Shown piece by piece: positions 1 through 12,679 of a DNA stretch of 64,000 nt. The position numbers and the translations under genes are program-made. Source of the DNA: Protoeuglena noctilucae (Eukaryota); contig OY253673.1 in the NCBI GenBank assembly GCA_958009085.1, forward strand, positions 558,001 to 622,000, written 5' to 3'. The number at the start of each line of letters is the position of its first letter. Within the stretch, counting starts at the first letter, position 1. Under the pieces are notes generated by a model. That model saw only the letters and a program-made list of their open reading frames with translations, searched no databases and was not told the origin of the DNA.

Positions 1-957
1 GGGTGTCGGCCTCGAGGTTCAGCGGCCCCGACGGAGCGCTCCCGATCTCCACCGGGCGCCCCGTGAATCCCGGCACCTGCAGGCTCCACCCCCGCATGGC
101 GTGGAGCGCCATGTGGTGCGGCTCGACCGTGTCCTCCCCGCAGCGCTTGGCCATCGCCGCCCCGAACGCCAGCAGCGACGTCAACAGGTCCACCGATATC
201 TCCTCCAGTACCTCCCGGACCTCCGCCTCCAGCCTCTCGTCCGCGTGACCCATGATGTTCAGGAGACGACGTAGGCTGGGGGCGCAGACGACACACAACT
301 TAAGTTCCCACCTCGCCAGCACACAGCCGGCGCCCTTCCCTACGCAGTCAGCCTAGGCATCGCCGTGCGCGCTTCATGGATGGCCGGGTGGCGCCCCACA
401 CCTGTCCTGCGAGAGGACCTGCTTGAGCCCCTGGTTCCGGGGAGCAGACGGCGTCCACACGCGACCCGCGCCATACGCCGATGCGGCTCCGCGAGAAGCT
501 TGCACCCGCTCGGCGCCAGCCGCCATTCCCTGGGCCGAGCCCATCGCGGCGACGCGGCCCGGGTTCGTAACTGCGGCATAGACCCCCTGCGCCCCCCCGT
601 AACCAGGCATCACACCTCCCCCGGCGGCAGCATGAGGGACGCCGCCCGGCGCACTGGCCGGCGCCACGCTCTGCGCGAGGTGCTGGTTGTACTGGGAGCA
701 AAAGGCGAACCGTAGCCCTCTGAGTCCCTCCTGGAAACAGCGACGGAAGAACGGCCTAAACAGGATCGCCTCTTTGCTCGTGTGCGGCTCACCTGGGCTG
801 CGGAGGTCGGTAAGCCTTGCATCCAGGCGTGCCCGGCCTGAGCGAAGTGCTGCTGCTGCGCTACCGCCTGTGGGAGCGCGCCTGCCCCGTACGATGGGTA
901 TTGTGCAGGATGCTGGGGCTGTGCGGCCCCATCAGGCCGCCGCTGGTTGGGGTCCAT
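1..957 (-). CDS. TAF12: TFIID subunit 12 (TAF12)-like histone-fold protein, spliced, runs off the left edge
   Basis: Q/P/A-rich N-terminus (MDPNQRRPDGAAQPQH...) followed at ~250-55 by ADERLEAEVREVLEEISVDLLTSLLAFGAAMAKRCGEDTVEPHHMALHAMRGWSLQVPGF, matching the TAF12 histone-fold pattern ending W-x-[IL]-x-[IV]-PGF. Confidence 0.7.
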
Positions 958-1435
958 GCGCCCGCCCCACCGGCGCAGGTCCCGCCGCTCGCTGCCCAGC
1001 GCCCAGGCACGATTGGTCTACGCTAGGTTGCGGAATGACTCCTCCGGATCTTGCAGGGCGGCTGAGGAGCAGCGCGGACGACGCACACACAGAGGCTTGG
1101 ACAGGGTGGGGGCGCTTCAGAGGATAGCAAAGCTGTATTGGCACGTCCTGGCGACAGAGTGGGGCGCAGTCTTGCCGTGTCAACCCACAGTGCAGTCCAG
1201 GCGTCGCGAGACGCCGCTGGAAGCCCGAAACTCCGTCCGTCGGCGTGGCAGACGCGCCAGAACACCTGGCAAAGCGCACGAAGCGCGGCCGCCGCTGCCG
1301 GACGCGCGCACATGATTGGGAGGTCGTGAACGTGAGAAGCAGCGAGGGCACTTGGGGCAGCATCACTGGTGCAATCGTGCTGGGGCCTGGTGGGAGCGCG
1401 CCCTGAGTTTGGGGACCAGCTGAAAGAGAGAAAGG

Positions 1436-4400
1436 ATGGAGGAGTGCTGCGTGGTCTGCGCGGAGCCGCTGCAGTGGGTGGCCGTCGGCCACTGCGATCA
1501 CAAGGAGGCGAGTTTGCAGGGGCCTCAGGTTCTTCGTCGAGGGTCCTTGTTTCTTGCCGACCCGGCAATGGCATGTTGGTTGGTTTCATGCGGCGCTTTC
1601 TGGCCTGGCCACCGGCGCCGACGGCGCGGCAGGGCGGGCGCGGCCTGTGCTTCATCCGGGGTGAGGCGCAGCAGAGGCCCCGTCCGAGATCCCTCGCCTT
1701 CTTCGTCGGCGCAGGTATGCTGGAAGTGCGTCGTCAAAATGCGCTTTGTCCAGAAGGACAAGAAGTGCTGCATCTGCAAGCAGGAGCTGGAGATGGTCTA
1801 CTGCACTCGGGCGCTGGGAAGCTACACGCCCTCCTTTGGGTGACTCGCGACTGTCATCATCCTGAGCATCTCTATTTCCGTTGCCGTGACAGCTGCACAC
1901 CACCTGCCTCTGCCCAGCTCGCCGCCTCGTCTCTCCAGCCACGCAGTAATTGCGCTCCCATGTCGCACGCAGAGGTTTGGAGGAGAGGCGGAAGGCTGGC
2001 GACCCGATGCGGTTTAACGACCTGCTCGACGCGTGGATCGACGACGACGGGCTCTACCAGCAGCTCCTGCGCTTGACGTCGCTGCACTGCCCCACGTGCA
2101 CACACCAGCGAGGGGAGGACGAGGCGCCTACGTTCAAGTGAGCCCGCCAACGAGCCTGCCCCGGCCTGCTCAGGATTCGGGACCTGCCGTTCATCTTTCT
2201 GCCGTCACCGTGCCCGGCATTAGTACTACTCAACTTCACTGCAGCAGGGTGTTATCGTGCCCCACCCCTTCTTCCCTCCCGCAGCTCCCTCGGCCCGCTC
2301 AAGCGCCACCTCCGCGAGGCTCACAACCTTTTCTTCTGTGAGCTCTGTCTGACCCACCGGCAGGTGTTCGTGGGGGAGCAGGAGCTCTACTCTAAGAAGG
2401 ACCTGGATCATCACATGGCCCAGGGAGACAAGACGGGGTCTCTTTCAGAAACGGCATTCCGGGGGCACCCCGCGTGCAAGGTACGACGCTAGGGCGCCTT
2501 GCGTCCCAGTGGGCCCCTGCCGGCCCGGTCCTGGGCGCAAACGCTAGCACATGGTGCGCGTCGCTTGCTGCACGGCGCAGCTGGTGGATTCCGCCCCGGA
2601 GTCCTCCTCGCCCGCAGTTCTGCCGGAAGCGCTTCTACGATGACACGGAACTCTTCCGCCACATGGAGCGGGACCACGAGCACTGCCACCTCTGCCGCCG
2701 CCGCCAGCCGGACCGGTTCGTGTATTACAAGGACTACGAGGAGCTGGACCGGCATTTCCACAAGGTGACGCGCGGAGCAGTTGGCCTGAACAACGCGGCG
2801 GGATCTGGTATGTATTGGAGGTGGGCCAGTCGCTCTTCCCCACCAGTGACGCCCGGCACGCGCATCGGCACCTGCAGGAGCACTTCTGCTGCGACGAGCC
2901 GCAGTGCCTCGAGCGCAAGTTCGTGGTCTTCGGGGAGGAGCACGAGCTGCGCGCGCACATCGCCAAGGAGCACGGGGACCAGATGACCCGGGCGCAGCGC
3001 CGAGCGCACCTGACCATCCTGCTCACGCTGCAGTACCGCAGCGGGGACGCGCGCGAGGACGACGGGTCGCAGACGATCCGGGGCGTGGGGCAGGGCGCGC
3101 TGCTGGGCGACAGGAGGCCGCAGGGGGTGCCGGTGGAGGCTGCCGCGGGGCGCAATTGGGAGGTCGAGTTCCCGTCGCTGGCGCCGGGCGGGGGCTCGAG
3201 CACGGCCGGCGCGGGGGCCCGGTGGGCGTCGGCGACCGGCCTGCAGCGGGCGGTGGACCCGAACGCCTTCCCGAGCCTCCGGGCGACGGTGGCGCCGTCG
3301 GAGGGGCGGTTGAGCCGTGGGCAGAAGAAGAACCTCAAGAAGAAAGAGCGGGCGATCGCGAGGGATGCGCAAGCGGCGGCAGCTGCGGATGGCGCGTCTG
3401 AGGCGTCGGGCTCGGCAGGCTGGGAGGGCGGCGTGTCGGGGTCTGGCGAAGGGGCACCTGTCACCGGGCTGCGGCAGGAGGAGGCGTGGCAAGAGGTCCC
3501 GGCGGCGCCAACGCGGCGACAGGTGAGCGTACGCGTGCAGCGCCGATGATGTCGCTGCGCCGCAGTTGACCGTTTCATGCGGGTGCTCTCAAAGCGCTCG
3601 TCTTGCCGCAAGCGACGTCTGTACGTGACACCGCTATACTCCCTTTCTCTGCCGTCGCAGGGCCCGATTCCGGGGCCGTCGCCTTCCATGACGTCGGCCC
3701 CGGCGCCGACCCCAATGCCGGTGCCCGTGGCCCAGGCGGGTGCCACGGCGGGGCCGACGCTGGCGCAGCGGCTGGCGGGGGCAGGGACGGGCGCGATCCG
3801 CGTCGTCCACCGCGCCAACGCGAACGACGCGCGGCCGCCGAGGCCCCTGGACGATGCAGAGGCGTTCCCGGGTCTGCCGACTGGTGCTCCAGCAGTCGCT
3901 GCGGGCCCCGTGAAGGGCCGCTGGGCCAAGGGGAGCGTCGTGCCTCGCGGCACGGCCGCGGTGGCCACGGGGCCGGCGCACGGGGCCGGGTTGGCAGCGT
4001 CGCGGTTCGCAGTGCTGTCGGAATCTCAGCACGCAGCCACCGGGGGTTCTGTGGGAGACGGGGCGGGCACAGGGGCGCGGCCCGCGCGGCCGGAGACGGC
4101 CGGGAGGGCCAGTAGCGCCGCGGGCGACCAGGCCGGCCAGCAGGGCGGGGCAGCAGGCGTGGGGACGTCTGGGGGTGCCTCGGTGGGAGCCCCGCCCAAG
4201 AGCGCGGTGCAGGCGCTGATGGACCGGGTGCGGGCCATCGCGGGCATGGAGGGGTTACGCGAGCTAAAGAAGGAGAGCGCGGCCTTCATGGAGGGCCGGC
4301 AGACGAGCGATTGGTACTACGCGGCATGCGTGCGGCTGGGGCTGCAAGCGCTGGTTCCGGAGCTGGCGGCGCAATGTCCCAGCGAGCAGCACCGGGCGGC

Positions 4401-5350
4401 GCTGATGGAGGAGCACCGGCGCGCGGTGACGCGGGCGCCGGCGGGGGACGCGGGGAAGGGGGCGGGCGGCGGGCACGCCTCGGCCGTGCCGTTGGGCATG
4501 TGGGCGTGTCCCGTGTGCACTTTGGAGAACGAGGACAGCGCCGTGCACTGCGACGCGTGCGGGACGCTGCGCCCGGGGCTGGACACGGGGGCAGGGACGG
4601 GGGGCATCTCGGGATCGCACACCGCGAAGGTGCGTGCTGTTTGTTTTGGCCTTGCCAGGGGCCAGCCGTGACGGCGGATAGCGTCGACGTGTCAATTGCA
4701 TGGTCTGCGTCTCGTCTCGCTCGCAGGGCAAGAAGAAGGGGTCCTCGCGTGGCGTGGCGATGAGCCTCTCGGCGGGCGGGGTCACGTCGTCGGGTGCCGG
4801 GCAGCAGAGCGGGACGCGGAGCACGGGCGCGTGGGCCGACGCGTCCGAGCGCAGCAGCGTCGGCTTCCATTCCCTGGCGTCCATGGCCGCGACGGACGAG
4901 CTGGCAGAGCCCTCCACGGACTCACACCGGTCGGCCAGCCAGGCGGGGCGGTCGCGGGCACCCGTCGCGGAGGACTTCCCTGGGCTGCCCGTCCGCAGCG
5001 CCGTCGTGGCGGAGCAGGCGGCGCTCCTCGAGTCAGCCTCAGCGTCGGCATCGGTGTCGTCCGCCGGGGGTGGCACCCAGGACGGGAACAGGGCGGGGGG
5101 CAAGAAGGGGGGCCGGAAGGGCCGCGGGGTGCCAATCCAGCTCACGGGCGGGCACGGCTCGGCGGAGGCGAGGGATTTCCTGCGCCCGCCCGAGCGTCAG
5201 AATGCGTGGGACCCGACGGGGGAGCGCGCTGCGGGGTCGGTGGGCGGCGGAGGGTCCTCGGATCCCAAGGGGTCCTGGTCTCGAGGCGGCGGATCGCGTC
5301 TCGCGTCCGCGTTAGGGGCTGTGCAGGACGCGTGGGTCAAGCGAAGTTGA
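1436..5350 (+). CDS. ZNF598: ZNF598/Hel2-like RING E3 ubiquitin ligase (ribosome quality control), multi-exon
   Basis: RING CVVCAEPLQWVAVGHCDHKE|VCWKC..CCICKQ, C2H2-like fingers (FCRKRFYDDTELFRHMERDHEHCHLC; EHFCCDEPQCLERKFVVF..LRAHIAKEH), repeated FPxL motifs, RanBP2-type finger WACPVCTLEN..CDACG. Confidence 0.88.
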
Positions 5351-5633
5351 CGTGCGGTACGTGCTGTGCGTGCTATGCGCGAGCGTTTTCAAGCCGTGCG
5401 GTGGGCTAGCGCCTGCCGCCTGAACTGCGTGAACGCTGCACTCATCGACGATTCAGCGGCACAGACCGCCTGACAAAAAAAGAGAAGAGAGGAGGTTGGA
5501 GTGGAAAGGGAACGGCGCCGTGCCATGCCCTGCATGGATGGCGCTTAGGCTAGAAGAGGAGTCAGGAAAACATTCAGTTGCAAAACCCCCAAAAAGAAAG
5601 CTTCAGTGACCAAGGTGTCCCCCAAAAGCGTGA

Positions 5634-6471
5634 TCACAATGGGCAGGCGCCTGGGTCCGTGCCCAGCCACCCAGCGCGCAGGCCGGTGCCCCGGCAGTGC
5701 TTGCATGGCTCCTCCCCCGTTCCCTGCGAGTCACCGGAACGGCGCTAGGTGGAACGGCGCCTTAGAATGCTCCTAGGATGCACATCGCCTGCATGTGCAT
5801 GGGCCTGCTGCCGTCCGCATCCTCGCCTTGCACACGGGACATGAAAGGGCCCTCTCGGAGCTGGGCTCCCGGATCACGTGGTCACCGACGCTGAGGAAGC
5901 CCGTGGACCCGCAATACCCGCACTCCCGATGCCCCTTACCCTCACAGCACGGGCAGCGATTGGGCCGCTGCACTGCCTGCGGGCGGGTGCGGCCAGCATG
6001 GATCGAGGGCGACGTTGCAGCGTTGCATGAGCACCGCACGCGACCTGCCGACGCCCGCGCGCACCTGGTCCCCGCTCCTGACCCTCCATGCAAGGTCCAG
6101 CGACGCTGCCCGGGACTCTGCCGAAGTGCCCTTGTCCCCCACGATCTGCGCCAGCTCGTGCGCGAGATCCTCGTCCATGCTTCCCGCGCTCAGTTCGTGT
6201 GGCGAGGACGACGACGAGCGTGCGACAAAACGGGCCAGGTGTCGCGAGCGGGCCCAGGAAACGCTCCTTGAATCGACTGCGGAGGGATCACGGTCGCCAT
6301 CGACGTCGAAGCTGCAATCGTGCTCGCGCGATCCCTCGCATGACGTGCGGCGGGCGGGATTCGATGGCGGGCAGAAAGGCAAAGCAAGGACATCGAACGA
6401 GGCATCGGACGGCCTAGGCCCCTTGCGCGCGGGGCAAACTTACCACATGGGGACAGAGAGACGGCGAGCAT
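5634..6471 (-). CDS. DnaJ-like CxxCxGxG zinc-finger protein, probably plastid-targeted; start tentative
   Basis: Four repeats after splicing: CPCCEGKG, CGYCGSTG, CPVCK|GTG, CKHCRGTG ... AGWLGTDPGACPL*; last intron 5826-5724 is GC-AG. Confidence 0.72.
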
Positions 6472-6849
6472 GGCTGTCCGCGCAGGCCGTCGAGCCAATT
6501 TAGCCCAAACTGGTCGCGACCTGGTTGCGCCACACGCGGCGAACGTGGTGCTTCTCATCGTTGCCATGAAACCCATCTGCTTGCTCAGTATGGTACGACG
6601 GTGGCCACGGGTTTTCGCAGAACGCGGCCCCCGCGCCTCTCAAAAAGCCAGAACACGCCGTGTTCTGACGTGGGACAAGGCGCCCGTTTTCTCGCTGTTC
6701 GCCGGTCGTGGCGCCCTCGTCGCTGTCATCAGACGAACAGCTGGCAGACAGCATCTGCCCGGTTGCGCTTCCCCCGGCCGCGACTTGGGTTTCCGCGCTC
6801 CGACACAGGCAGCGCGCTCGTCGAGCGCGCGCGGATCCGTCGCTCCGCC

Positions 6850-9800
6850 ATGATGTCGCTGGCTCGCTTGGCAGCGGCTGTTGGGATAGGGGGCGGCGCT
6901 GTCTGGATGTACTCGACCATGGAGCCGAGCCACAGCCCGCTGGACCTGGACGTTGGCAGCCCACCCCCGCCGCGGGAGCGGCAGATCGAGGCACTGAAGG
7001 GCAGCAAGGACAAGCCCTTCGACGTTCTTGTCGTGGGGGGGGGGGCGACGGGGGCAGGATGCGCGCTGGACGCGACGACGCGAGGCCTTCGGTGCGCGCC
7101 AACTGTATGGCATCGCTGGCCGAATCCTCCCTCGCGGAGCCGACCTTCGCCGGGGACCCAATCCTGCTAGGCCGGCTGCGATTCGCGCGAGCTCTGTCTC
7201 GCGCCCGCAGCACGGCGCTCGTCGAGCGCGAGGACTTTGCTTCGGGCACGTCCTCTCGGTCGACCAAACTCATCCACGGCGGCGTGCGGTACTTGGAGAA
7301 GGCCGTTTTCAACCTCGACTACGGTCAACTGAAGCTAGTGTTTGAGGCTCTGCAGGTCCGAGCCGCGGTCGCGCGCGGGCCGGGCCAAGCGAGGCCCCTT
7401 TGGCAGACCCCCGCATCCAAGCACCCCCGCCGGGTCTTACCTGCAGGAGCGGAGGGCCATGATCCACAACGCGCCGTACCTGAGCACGTCGCTTCCCATC
7501 ATGACCCCCTGCTACTCGCTGTGGGAGGTGCCTTACTACTACATGGGCCTCAAGATGTATGACCTCGTGGCGGGCTCCCGCGCCCTCACCTGGTGAGCTA
7601 GTCGTCGCTACTGCTGACAAGCGTGATTGTCTATGATCCGCTACTTTTGCGTGGATTGATGCATCCAGTGCTCGGCGGCTTCGCCGGGAGGGGTTGGGCA
7701 GTTGCGCTCAACGTCACCTTACCTTCATTGCCTCTTCTCCGCGACTTCCAGGTCGTACTTCATGTCAGCGAAGGAGTCACAGCGCCTCTTCCCCACGCTC
7801 TCCCAGCAGCGTAAAGACGACCATCGCTCGCTCAAGGGCACCATCGTGTACTACGGTGAGCGGGCGAGCTGCGACGTTCGCAGCTGCGACCGGGCTGCCG
7901 CATAGCAGCGGCAGTCAGCAGTCAGCAGTCAGCTGTAGTGGGGTTGTTGACGAAGGCGAGGCTTGGGGGCAGGGCCTGGGATGAGCTTCGTTGGGGGCCC
8001 TGCGCCGCAGATGGCCAGTTCAACGATGCGAGGATGAACGTGGCGCTGGCGTGCACGGCGGCACGGGCGGGGGCCACCGTCCTCAACCACGCAGAGGCGA
8101 GTCGCAGCGATGGTCGGCAGGGGTGGCGGTGCTGCGGTGCTGGTGGTAGCGGCACTGGTAAGCTGTTGCTGGCAGTTGCGGTGCAGGTGATGGCGCTAGT
8201 TATAAGGAAAGCAAGCGCATCTCATGTTCATAGCAGTCTCAGTCCGTCGCAATGTTCGCAGGTGACGGGCCTCATCAAGGATGAGCGAGGCAAGGTGGTG
8301 GGCGCCAAGGTGCGGGACGCGCTGACGGGGTCCATGTGGGACGTGCACGCCAAGGTGGTCGTGAACGCCACGGGGCCATTCTCGGACGCACTGAGGCACA
8401 TGTCGGACCCTAAGGCATCTAAGATGATTGAGCCGAGCTCGGGCGTGCATATCACGCTCCCCGACTACTACAGCCCCGAGAACATCGGCATGATTGTGCC
8501 CAAGACCAAGGACGGCCGCGTGGTGTTCATGCTGCCCTGGCTGGGGCACACGATCGCCGGCACGACCGACGCTCCCACGGACGTCACGCCGAGGCCGCAG
8601 CCGACGGAGCAGGAGATCCAGTTCATCCTCGGTGACCGCCGCGGCGATGCGTGCGTGTCTCTGCGCCGCAGAGCGCGCAGACATTCTTGCGTTGCTCTCT
8701 TTGCCACCGGCCATCCGCGACAGCTCACCTTTGGCCACCTTTGGAGCATCTAAGGAATTCATGTCACCCACTGCGCCGCAGACACGCTCAAGGATTTCCT
8801 GACCGTGCGCGTGCGGCGCTCGGACGTCATGTCGGCTTGGTCGGGCATCCGCCCGCTGGCCGCGGACCCCACGGCCAGCAGCACCGAGTCCGTCTCCCGG
8901 GACCACGTGGTCTGCGTCGAGTCCGACGGCCTCGTGACCATCAGCGGGGGCAAGTGGACGACGTACCGGAGGATGGCCCAGGACACGATTGATCTGGCAG
9001 CACGCGTCGCGGGCCTCAAAGCCGGCCCATGCATCACCGAGCGCGTCATGGTGGTTGGATCTAAGGGATGGTCGCCCAACACCTTCACGGAGGTCGCGCA
9101 GAATTACGTGGTCCCGCACCGCCCCGGCGCCATCGATACCCGGGTGAGTTTCTGGCAGCCGTGATGTCAGAACCACCTTGATGGGGGCCGTGCAGACAGG
9201 GTCACGAGGCTTTTGGTCAGAAGTGAACATCGTTCACGACGGGGTGCCATCGAGTCAGGAACTGGGGCAGCAAGTTAGGCTGCCAAGCAGGGAGCGAGTT
9301 GGATGTGACGACACAGTGCACTTGCCCCCCGCAGGTGGCGATCCACCTGTCGAACAGCTACGGCACCAAGGCGTTCGAGATCACGCGGATTGCCGAGAAG
9401 GAGAAGCTGGGCAAGCGCCTGGTGCGGGGTCACCCACTGCTCGAGGCGGAGGTGGCGTACTGCTGCAGGAACGAGGTGAGGGGCGCCGAGGGCCTTTGTC
9501 ACTGGTGCGATGTGCGGCCGGGCTGCAGAGGGCTCTTGCATTCACACAGTCCTCTTAACCTTCGGATTGTGTCGCTTCTGTCGCGACTTGCAGCAGCACC
9601 TCCAAAAGCAGCTGCGGCTTGCAGCATCGTAGCACCGCAGTGGCACGCGCCATCCGCGCCGCCCGCAGTACTGCGAGACGATCGAGGACTTCATCGCCCG
9701 TCGCACCCGCCTCGTGTTCCTCGACACGCTGGCGACAAGGGAGGCGCTGCCGTGGGTCGCCGAGCTGATGGCCCGGGAGCACGGGTGGAGCGACGCACGC

Positions 9801-9902
9801 CGCCGCTCGGAGCTCCAGAAAGCGGAGTCGCTTCTGGAGACCTTCGACTCGACTGAACGTAGGAACATGGGCAACACCAACGCCGCACCCGTCAACGCCT
9901 GA
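6850..9902 (+). CDS. GPD2: Mitochondrial FAD-dependent glycerol-3-phosphate dehydrogenase (GPD2/SDP6 family)
   Basis: FDVLVVGGGATGAGCALDATTRGL, EREDFASGTSSRSTKLIHGGVRYLEKA, DGQFNDARMN, DGRVVFMLPW, AWSGIRPL, GGKWTTYRRMA. Confidence 0.95.
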
Positions 9903-10137
9903 CGCACACGATGTGGAGTGGCGCTGGAGCCGCCGTCCAGGCCCGCGGCAACGCTGTTCAGTGCCTGCTGCTGCGAGGAAGCGCGCCATTGGGTACCGAG
10001 CGCGGTGGCTCGCGTGCACATCCACCCAGCCTTCCTTTCGCTTTCCTTCCCTACCTCCCTCGTGCCCCACGAGGCCTCTTGCGTTGCTCGCCTGTCCCGG
10101 GCATTGTGACCGCCCCTCGTCATTCAATACTAAAGCT

Positions 10138-11180
10138 TCAGTACGACTTGAGCGCGAGGTCATTGACGTCCGTGGGCATCCCCATCTCCTTCTGACGGCC
10201 CACGGCGTAGCACAAGTGCGTCTGGTGCAGCCACTCGCTGAAGTCCCCCAGACCAGCCATCCCCGCCACGTCTGCCTCCCAGCGCGCCAGGCTCTCTGCC
10301 TCGCGCCGCCTTCGTGCCTCCAGCACCCCCGTTTCAAACACACCCTCGTCCGACACGGCGACAAAGTCGAGAGCCATGCAGCCGTGGCCGTCCCGCTCCG
10401 CCAGGCGCGCCAGTGCCACCCAAATCGCCCGGCTCCTGCGGTGGCAGCGACTCCGGGGCTGGTGCCCAGTCCCAGCAGAGTGTGAGGGGCGGTAAGTGTC
10501 CGTCCCAAAGCATCCCTAAGTCCCCAAGCCAGGACGGGGGCTTACCTGGGCATGTGGAAGTCCGAGGTGACGACGCAGAGCCGCCGCCACTTGCGCGGCA
10601 GGGCGTGGATGGTCAGGGCAAAGTAGGCGTTCCCGATCGTATCGTAAGACGAGACCTCACGGAGGAGGTGCCGTGGGTGGATGCCGTGATGGTCCATCAG
10701 ATACTGCAGGGTCTGGCACATCGCATGCACGTGACGCAGCGTCGGCACCCTGGGCGCTCTCAGGAAGGCAGCAACACTCGCGCTCGCCTGTGCGCACGAG
10801 ACGCTCTCGTGGATGACGAAGCCGTGCTCGTTGAGGTGCGGGGGCTTGTGCGGCGTTCCGCCACCCGAACACACGATGTAGGCGCCCGTTTCGCGGTGGA
10901 TGTCCGCGCACTTGTCGAGCCTGCACGCCAGGAAGCACCGCAGCATTGGGAGGCCTTGCCAGGTGAGGATGCATCGGGAGCAGCGTTGCTTGGGTGCCGA
11001 CCTTCGCGTCACCCACTCAGGGTTGCTCCCGCCCGCAGTCTGGCCTCCAGCGAGCACCACGACGGCGTCCAAGCCATCTTGCGAAGCTGTTGCTATTGGA
11101 CGAGCACGACGAAGCGCACGACATGTCCTATGGCCGATCAAGCCGCGCATGTGCAGCGTACTAGGAATGCGCTGCGCCAT
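10138..11180 (-). CDS. DUF218/YdcF-like protein
   Basis: DAVVVLAGG, RLD, CSGGGTPHKP, ESVSCAQ|YL, EVSSYDTIGNAYF, VVTSDFHMPR are typical DUF218 motifs. Confidence 0.82.
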
Positions 11181-11475
11181 GTTTGCACCGGCGATGAAAG
11201 GAGCGGTGGCGCGCGCTGAAATGCAAACGCAATGCACAGTGTTTTGCTTTGTCTTTTTGGCTACAAGATGCGTATGCCAAGCGTAGGGCTTCAGCGTCAC
11301 AGTCATTTACGGTTCACCTATCGCTCTGGAGATGCGCCGTCACGGGAAATCCCTTCTGGCCCGCTGTGTAAAGAAACACTTTGTCAAGCGCCCTGACTCG
11401 CGTGCGTCTCGGGTGCTGGGTATATGCGCCTGTCCTTCGGCCAGCAGCGTTAATGCGAACCATGTCTTCTGCTGG

Positions 11476-12610
11476 ATGCCGTCACTTGTCTTGCTGGCCC
11501 AGCGCGCTGGCACCCGCCCCTTCTTTTGCATTCCACTGCCCTCCCGCCCTCTCATCGTGCCGTATCCCTTTCAGCGTTGGCTTCACCAATCATCAGTTTC
11601 AGTATGCAACTCATTGCAGGAAGAGGGCCAGACGAACACTTGCCAGGGCCGAGAAGCAGCCATGCGCAGATGTCTTCGATGTTTGCCGTCAATCTGCGCA
11701 GGGAGTCGCTCTCGTCTTCATCTGTGGACAGCTCACTGGCCTGACAGCAGTCGCACTGTGAGGCTCGGCGCGTGGTAGGCGTGTCGCTGTCGCTGGTACC
11801 GACGGCTGCGCCCTGCCAAGGCTTCTCTGCTGCCTCCCTCACAGGTCGGGTGACGTGGCAACGGTGTCTGCGACCGACCTGGCCGCCGCGTCCCTCCTCA
11901 CGCAAACGGGGCAGCTGGCTGGGGCGCTGTGGCTGCTGGCATCGACCGAGTTTGACCCCGGGGCTTCCCTGGGCCAAACCCAACGGCCCAGCAACATCCT
12001 CACCTCCGTTGGTACCGGGGTCATATTCGGAGGTCTGGCCCTCTTGAGCGTCTTCATCGCCACCTCGCTGGCCAGCCCGGGCCCTGCCGCCAACACCGCC
12101 GAGGTCGCAGGCGTCGTTGAGCAGTTGCCTCGGGCCGGTGTGACGAGCCTCTTCCTCAGCACATGCGTCCTGGGACCCGCGTCGGAGGAGATCGTCTTCC
12201 GCGGGATCGTGCTGCGGGTATGTGTGCCATGCTTGCGCGCGAGGTACCGATGACCGCCAAAGTCGTGTTGAGCAACATGGGGTCACTCTCACCGTTTCAT
12301 GCATTTGCAGGGCGCCATGGCCGTCGGGATGCGTCCGCTCCCCGCCGCAGCTGTGTCCACCGGGGCCTTCCTGCTCTTGCATCCGCATGTCTTTGACTGG
12401 GTGGGGCTCGCCCCACTCAGCGCAACACTGGTGAGCCGCAGCGGGGCAGGTTGCGCAGCATTGCACCTACGTCTAGTACCCACACGCATCCCTTCAACGC
12501 TCCCGGTCTTGCAGGCGTCTGCTATGCTCGTGCCAGGCGGTGGGCTGCTATCCGCCACCGTAGCGCACGCCATGTACAACACGGTCATCTTTGCCGCGGG
12601 GCTTCGGTAA
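11476..12610 (+). CDS. CPBP/Abi family intramembrane protease (CAAX type II-like); N-terminus uncertain
   Basis: Hydrophobic segments with VLGPASEEIVFRG, STGAFLLLH and AHAMYN motifs. Confidence 0.75.
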
Positions 12611-12679
12611 TGCACTACACACTACTATGGGTCCACAGCAGTGAGGCCTGGATTGAATGGCTTTCGAGGGCAGGTGGCA

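Noticed and set aside
2544..3968. Long antisense ORFs (e.g. 474 aa here, 499 aa at 19098-20597, 583 aa at 33639-35390, 475 aa at 48315-49742)
   Set aside because: They are shadows of real genes on the other strand; high GC3 suppresses stop codons and they carry no domain motifs
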